Assembly (NCBI RefSeq): GCF_003367075.2
Contig: NZ_CP065936.1
Span: 2,400,001-2,432,000, forward strand
DNA from: Cylindrospermopsis raciborskii Cr2010
Lineage (GTDB): Bacteria > Cyanobacteriota > Cyanobacteriia > Cyanobacteriales > Nostocaceae
Direction of reading: 5' to 3'
Length of the DNA: 32,000 nucleotides
Positions 27,222 to 32,000 of the stretch are shown here, one piece after another. Below the pieces are notes generated by a model, which was not told where the DNA came from, made no database searches, and saw nothing but the letters and a program-made list of their open reading frames with translations. The position numbers and the translations under genes were made by a program. Numbering within the stretch: position 1 is the first letter of the stretch; every line of letters begins with the position of its first letter.

Positions 27222-27406
27222 GGGTGACTCTCCAGAACTGGTTTCATAGAAAAAGTGTCGGGCAAAATAAGTGATGTGTGAGGAAGGCGAATTTGAGATG
27301 TGAATGAGATTTGAAATTAGGGAGCAGGGATGACAAAATATTTATTAATTAGAATGATGCACTTCACGGCTGCATCTAAATACGCAGGTTTTTATCTATC
27401 CGAATT

Positions 27407-27922
27407 TTAACTAATTAAAGAAAACATTAGTTCTCCCTCGGCGGCGAGATTTCCGTCAACTTCAGCTCGACCCTGCATTTTTCCAAACCGACGTTGTTTG
27501 ACAGATAACAGTTCCACAGTCATAATTAATTGGTCACCGGGTACCACCTGACGACGAAACCGCACTTTGTCAATACCTACAAATACAAATAGTCCTTCGG
27601 GCATATTAGGCATTTGACTCATAACAACCCCTCCAACTTGAGCCATAGCTTCCACGATTAGAACCCCTGGCATTAGGGAACGTCCGGGAAAATGTCCCTG
27701 GAACTGAGGCTCGTTAAAAGTAACATTTTTGATACCTACAGCTAACTTTCCCGGAATATAGTCAACTATTTTGTCTACTAGTAAAAACGGGTAGCGATGG
27801 GGTATTAGTTGCTGAATCTCTTCTATGGTGAAAGTTGTTTTAGTTGCTGATGTATTAGTGGTTTGGTCTTCTCCTTGAGATGTAGTCACTTGGATAAAAT
27901 TGGTTTGGCTGAGGGTTGACAT
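27407..27922 (-). CDS. fabZ: 3-hydroxyacyl-ACP dehydratase
   Basis: The ORF runs to TTG 27928. ATG 27922 (MSTLSQ..) is preferred. The hotdog-fold active-site region is [12 protein letters not shown]...[22 protein letters not shown]. It has an N-terminal extension of about 35 aa. Confidence 0.9.
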   Translation of the reverse strand: MSTLSQTNFIQVTTSQGEDQTTNTSATKTTFTIEEIQQLIPHRYPFLLVDKIVDYIPGKLAVGIKNVTFNEPQFQGHFPGRSLMPGVLIVEAMAQVGGVVMSQMPNMPEGLFVFVGIDKVRFRRQVVPGDQLIMTVELLSVKQRRFGKMQGRAEVDGNLAAEGELMFSLIS

Positions 27923-28013
27923 TGGCAATGGATTTGATTGAGATGTGGGAAGCTAAATTAGCCTAGATAATAGCGTATAATCTTAAAGTTTACTTAATTT
28001 TTAGCACAACTTT

Positions 28014-28841
28014 TCAGACACTTTCTAAAATTTTGCGTGCTAACTGGATATGGAGGTGATGACTAGCTTTGTAGGCTAGAAAGTGGCCCTTGGGAAACTG
28101 TCCTAATAGGCTGATATCACCTACCAGATCGAGGATTTTATGTCTGACTGGTTCATTTATAAACCTTAATGGTGGATTTACCCAGCCATCCATTCCGCAA
28201 ACCAGGGCGTTTTCTAGACTACCACCTTTGATTAAACCAGATTTTTGCAAGTGTTCAATTTGATGTAATAGGCCAAAGGTTCGAGCTGGGGCAATTTCGG
28301 TGACAAAGGAATGGCAAAGGACAACACTGTGCCATTGATTGCCAATTGCTGGCACGTCAAAATCAATTCCGTAGCTAAAACGTGTATCCTCTCCGGGTAG
28401 GACACAGACAAATGCGTCCTTTTCATAAACGTAGATAGGTTCCTTAATTACTATGGCTAAATATTCATTACTAACAGGTTGTGAAGTTATTCCTACAGCA
28501 GCAATACTATTAGTCCATACTTGGGCAGAACCATCTAAAAGGGGCACTTCGGATCCGTCAATTTCAATCCGGGCATTATCTACACCCATAGCAGCCAGGG
28601 ATGCTAGTAAATGCTCTACTGTGCGTACATGGGCATTTCCCGTGCCTAATTCAGTAGAGAGAAGAGTTTGATTAACTGCGGCGATTTCAGCGGGAATAAT
28701 TGGCAAATCAGGTAAATCTACCCTTACAAAGTAGCGTTTGCTCCCGATGGGAGCTGGTAGTATTCGCACGGTACTATTTACACCACTATGAAGTCCCACA
28801 CCCGTTTGGCAAATTTCAGCAGCTAAAGTATGTTGGTGCAT
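28014..28841 (-). CDS. lpxC: UDP-3-O-acyl-N-acetylglucosamine deacetylase
   Basis: 275 aa. GVGLHSG, TVEHLLAAL-type ([16 protein letters not shown]) and HKILDLVGD motifs are present. This is the short cyanobacterial form. Confidence 0.9.
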   Translation of the reverse strand: MHQHTLAAEICQTGVGLHSGVNSTVRILPAPIGSKRYFVRVDLPDLPIIPAEIAAVNQTLLSTELGTGNAHVRTVEHLLASLAAMGVDNARIEIDGSEVPLLDGSAQVWTNSIAAVGITSQPVSNEYLAIVIKEPIYVYEKDAFVCVLPGEDTRFSYGIDFDVPAIGNQWHSVVLCHSFVTEIAPARTFGLLHQIEHLQKSGLIKGGSLENALVCGMDGWVNPPLRFINEPVRHKILDLVGDISLLGQFPKGHFLAYKASHHLHIQLARKILESV

Positions 28842-28869
28842 TTGTAAACGCCAGATAAATTCCAGTTAG

Positions 28870-30783
28870 TTATGATAGGATCAAATTATCCCTTAGAACC
28901 GCTCCAGATGATTGACTGATGGATGGTGTGGGGGTGGGAACCGGGGATTTTTTTTCTCGCTTGGGCCAGAATCCTAAAAATCCGGCCGCCAAAACTACAG
29001 CCAACAAAATTAATAGCTGTATGGGGATTTTGCGGTTATGATCCTTACTATATGGATTTTCAGGAATCACCCGAGTTGATTGGGGGAAATAATTTACATC
29101 CCTTGCTTGGGAATTACTACCCGTTATATTCACTGTTTTACTGAAACTAATGGGCGGAATTTTTGCCTCTAGCACTGTATTGGGCTCTTGATATTGAACT
29201 TGATAATGTAACAGAGCAATAGTGACATTATCATGCCCATTCTTAGTATTGGCAATTTCTACCAGTCGAGACGCCGTAGTTTCTAAATTAGACTCCCCGC
29301 GCAAAACAGGTAGAATTTCGGTTTCCCAGTAGTCTTCTACCCGATCAAAATCCGTCAGTCCATCGGAACTGAGGAGAAAAATACCATCCTCATCTAGAAT
29401 AAACCGCTCACAGGTGGGAGAGAGTAAAGCGCTATTACCCATACCCAATGCCTGAATTAAGGAACCTGAACCACGATGTTGTATGGCTTCACGGTAAGTA
29501 GCATAACCTAAACGCACCTCACGAGAAGCCACATCATCATCCAGAGTCACTTGATAACAACCATGATGGGTAATCCAATAAGCACGACTGTCTCCCACAT
29601 GGGTAATGTACATCTGATGAGCAATGGGTATGGCCATGACTAGGGTGGTTCCCATTCTCTGACGACCTTGACGGTGATCAATATCGTTCTGCTGGCTGAT
29701 CTTATCGTTTGCTAGTGCTACTCCTTGTTCTAACATTTGGACAACTGTTGATAAATCTCTATAGTTGTCTGCACTTTCCTGGATTGTTAATATTTCCTCT
29801 ACTTGTGGTACAATGGTTTTTACTGCTAAATCGGATGCTACATTTCCCCCCTCATGTCCACCAATACCATCACAAACAATAGCTAAACCATCCTTGGGGG
29901 AAGATGGACTAACTACAATGCCTGGAGGCGGATAGCAGGAGTCCTCGTTTCTTTGACGACTTGGACCTGGATCTGTTTGAGTCAAAATCTTTGTGTCAAT
30001 GCTTGAAGTGTTTTTTTGCAACTTATCTATTTGTGATAGCGCTTGGTCCAAAGTTATAGTTAAATGTTCAGACGAACTAATTTCTTCTTTAATCAAAGAT
30101 TCACAAACTTGCTCGAGCAAGTCCACTAAGCATGGTTGAGCATTTGCTAAAAGTTGTTGCCAATTTTTCCCTAACTGTGACAGGTTTATCGGTAATCTGT
30201 CACTGCGTAATTCCAGGAGTTTAACTAAACCCCCTTGTACTCTAATTAAGTCCCAGCTTAACAAACTACTAGCAACCCCTTGCTCGTACAAGGGTTGCCA
30301 CAGTTTCGCCATTTGCCACAACCAATTGATTTGTCGTATAGAAGAAGCTTTACCCCAAGCTGTGATTAGGTCACTCCATAAATGTACTCGCTGGTTTTTG
30401 TTATCATGGATTAGGGGTATGGCTTCTAAAAGTATTGTATTGGTTCTAGGTTCTTGTTCAGTTATAGAAAGAACCCCATAAATCTGTGGTACGTGCAGGC
30501 GGTAAGGGATGAGTTTTAGATAGGGTTTTATTTGATCTAAATAAACTAACTCAGGTGCTTGGGGTGGTAATCCAGGTTTGAGGTCCAAAATTATCGACCT
30601 CTCAATGATTACATAACGGTCTCCCACAATTTCACCCGGATTACCCAGATCATGGACCCCCACCGTCCACAGATAACGCTTAGGCAAGGGTGTGGAGCAT
30701 CTCTGACAAAACCTGTGGTTTAGAGGATTGGGGGCTTGACAATATTCGTTTGGGCAGAAAAGCATTGCTACTTCATTTTCCAT
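28870..30783 (-). CDS. zinc-ribbon / unknown domain / PP2C Ser-Thr phosphatase / C-terminal TM anchor protein
   Basis: 637 aa. The N-terminus has a 4-Cys ribbon (CPNEYC-x12-CQRC). A region of about 240 aa with no family I recognise follows. The PP2C core carries RQRNEDS, AIVCDGIGGHEGG, HVGDSRAY, LLSSDGLTD and GHDNVTIALL. A single TM helix (IQLLILLAVVLAAGFLGFW) lies near the C-terminus. The stop is only 28 nt before the lpxC ATG. Confidence 0.8.
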   Translation of the reverse strand: MENEVAMLFCPNEYCQAPNPLNHRFCQRCSTPLPKRYLWTVGVHDLGNPGEIVGDRYVIIERSIILDLKPGLPPQAPELVYLDQIKPYLKLIPYRLHVPQIYGVLSITEQEPRTNTILLEAIPLIHDNKNQRVHLWSDLITAWGKASSIRQINWLWQMAKLWQPLYEQGVASSLLSWDLIRVQGGLVKLLELRSDRLPINLSQLGKNWQQLLANAQPCLVDLLEQVCESLIKEEISSSEHLTITLDQALSQIDKLQKNTSSIDTKILTQTDPGPSRQRNEDSCYPPPGIVVSPSSPKDGLAIVCDGIGGHEGGNVASDLAVKTIVPQVEEILTIQESADNYRDLSTVVQMLEQGVALANDKISQQNDIDHRQGRQRMGTTLVMAIPIAHQMYITHVGDSRAYWITHHGCYQVTLDDDVASREVRLGYATYREAIQHRGSGSLIQALGMGNSALLSPTCERFILDEDGIFLLSSDGLTDFDRVEDYWETEILPVLRGESNLETTASRLVEIANTKNGHDNVTIALLHYQVQYQEPNTVLEAKIPPISFSKTVNITGSNSQARDVNYFPQSTRVIPENPYSKDHNRKIPIQLLILLAVVLAAGFLGFWPKREKKSPVPTPTPSISQSSGAVLRDNLILS

Positions 30784-30948
30784 ATTTCTCGCACCAAGCA
30801 GCGACTAGCAATTATTCAAGAGTATGGTTAGGAGATGTTACACCCAACTTTTTAGAGCCTGGTTTTACCAGAGCCCTAATTTTGTTGATGGGTTAGAAAC
30901 TTTCATTTACCTTAACTCATCAACCATGAATGGAAGCAAATTTTTATC

Positions 30949-31305
30949 TCATGGATTGTCATTCGCTGCAACTTGGGGTAGTCCCATGCTGTAGTTGGTG
31001 ACGCGAGCAGCAAGATTGTAGCTAATCTCACCTTTTTGTAACAGCGATCGCACAAAATGCTCTAAATCTGAACCAATCCGACGTAAATTATAGTCTGTTA
31101 GGTCTACACCTTCTGAAGATTCTACAATTTCATCAAATTTACGATATACTTTCTGTAGTGCATCTTCGCTCCAGTTAAATTCGTTATCTGGATCAACGTC
31201 TAAAGTAAGAACCTGGTTACTAGGGACTAATTCCTCTTGGTTTATTTCCGCCGCAAAAATGCGGATATGACGGGTTGTGGACTTGAGCAGTATTGGGTTA
31301 TCCAT
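30949..31305 (-). CDS. ndhM: NAD(P)H-quinone oxidoreductase (NDH-1) subunit M
   Basis: 118 aa. LLKSTTRHIRIFAAE..LTLDVDPDNEF.W.EDALQKVYRKFDE..DLTDYNLRRIGSDLEHFVRSLLQKGEISYNL matches the cyanobacterial NdhM pattern. Confidence 0.85.
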   Translation of the reverse strand: MDNPILLKSTTRHIRIFAAEINQEELVPSNQVLTLDVDPDNEFNWSEDALQKVYRKFDEIVESSEGVDLTDYNLRRIGSDLEHFVRSLLQKGEISYNLAARVTNYSMGLPQVAANDNP

Positions 31306-31927
31306 AATTAGGTCTAGGATTTTGGTTAATCACACTGCAATTATTTTAACTGCTGTGCCCGATCTTAATTGTTTGGATTTGCCAAATAGATTGATTAACA
31401 GAATCGGTAGGACTTCGCTTATATATATCAAATATTGCTAGGTTTGATGTTACTTTTATTACAAATTTTAATACATGTACCAAATGACACTGATTTTGTT
31501 TAATAAAACTGTTCTTAGACATCAAATTGTATTACCTGTATAGACTTTAAAAAATGAATTTAAATATAATTACTAGTTGATAAAGTGATATATTTTCCCA
31601 GTATTGACGTTTGGGTAAAGTTGTTGTACAAACTTTTAAAAAGGTAGGATGAGTTCTTGCAGAACCTAAATTATGTAGAACTTAAAAATCCCATCATGCT
31701 TTACTACTTCAACATACAACACTACACAAGGAGGGGTAAAATTGGAACAGTTAAAAGCGATTTTTCATCACTATGGAGGGCGGAATGGAAAAGAAATTTA
31801 GCGGATGAGTAAACTAAAATTACCTCTTCGCTGTGTTTGAGAAAATATAAAGATTTTTTTGGTGGATATTTTGGCTCCCCACCTGTATGAACACCGTTTC
31901 TAACCCAGTAAAGGAATCCTCACAACT

Positions 31928-32000
31928 ATGAACTCCAAAGCATTACCACGCCAGGTCAATAATCTCGAAGTCGGTGTTTATGAATGTGAAATTCACCTTA
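31928..32000 (+). CDS. 5' end of an unidentified gene (runs off the window)
   Basis: ATG 31928 is the first start after the in-frame stop at 31901-31903. AAAGGAA lies 11-18 nt upstream. 24 codons remain open to the window edge (MNSKALPRQVNNLEVGVYECEIHL). This is too short to identify. Confidence 0.35.
   Translation, partial: MNSKALPRQVNNLEVGVYECEIHL

Noticed and set aside
27271-27287. Yfr1-like sRNA core: the minus strand reads CCUUCCUCACACAUCAC, resembling the conserved Yfr1 undecamer ACUCCUCACAC. A second near match, ACTCCTCACAT, is at 3863-3873.
   Set aside because: Each has one or two mismatches to the undecamer. The first lacks the flanking 5' hairpin and Rho-independent terminator that define Yfr1. 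The second lies inside a coding region.
30855-30885. Terminator for ndhM (CTGGT-ttt-ACCAG within GAGCCTGGTTTTACCAGAGCCC)
   Set aside because: Only 5 clean base pairs form. On the ndhM transcript strand it is not followed by a U-run.
31529-31570. NtcA-type promoter: GTA-N8-ATA (31529-31542), then 22 nt, then TATAAT (31565-31570)
   Set aside because: The right half-site is ATA, not TAC, and the region is so AT-rich that TATAAT-like and GTA..ATA patterns are expected by chance. It is not supportable without TSS data.

Overview
The window reads as chromosomal DNA from a filamentous, probably Nostocales-type, cyanobacterium. Evidence for that origin is the low GC, at least 13 copies of the HIP1 octamer GCGATCGC, and cyanobacterial genes ndhM, ccsA, a CruA/CruP-like gene and an lpxC-fabZ-lpxA-lpxB block. 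About 29 protein genes and one tRNA are supportable. Most are housekeeping: purL, purF, galE, ridA, an aldo/keto reductase, an ABC exporter, ccsA, a chorismate lyase-like gene, the lipid A/fabZ cluster and ndhM. I see no transposase, integrase, CRISPR array or rRNA.

The most unusual element is the first gene, which is truncated by the window edge. It is one polypeptide with three parts: the end of a DEDDy 3'-5' exonuclease domain, a Cas4-like PD-(D/E)xK nuclease with a C...CX2CX5C iron-sulfur motif, and an FtsK/SpoIIIE motor lacking both the membrane anchor and the gamma domain. I do not recognise this architecture as a described family.

The second candidate is an orphan VapD (Cas2-fold) ribonuclease gene. 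It has two in-frame Shine-Dalgarno/ATG starts and no visible antitoxin. It sits behind a repeat- and hairpin-containing leader and converges on tRNA-Ala(GGC) with only a 22-nt gap.

Lesser observations:
- a zinc-ribbon/PP2C/TM phosphatase 28 nt upstream of lpxC
- nested inverted repeats and shared 10-mers in the long lpx spacers
- a co-directional cluster of COG0701 permease, TIGR03943, Ig/beta-propeller and coiled-coil genes
- convergent genes sharing a TTAA stop
- a diverged 60-nt in-frame duplication inside an ABC ATPase domain
- a 620-bp AT-rich leader carrying an SD-preceded micro-ORF

All family calls rest on motif recognition by eye. No searches or folding programs were run.
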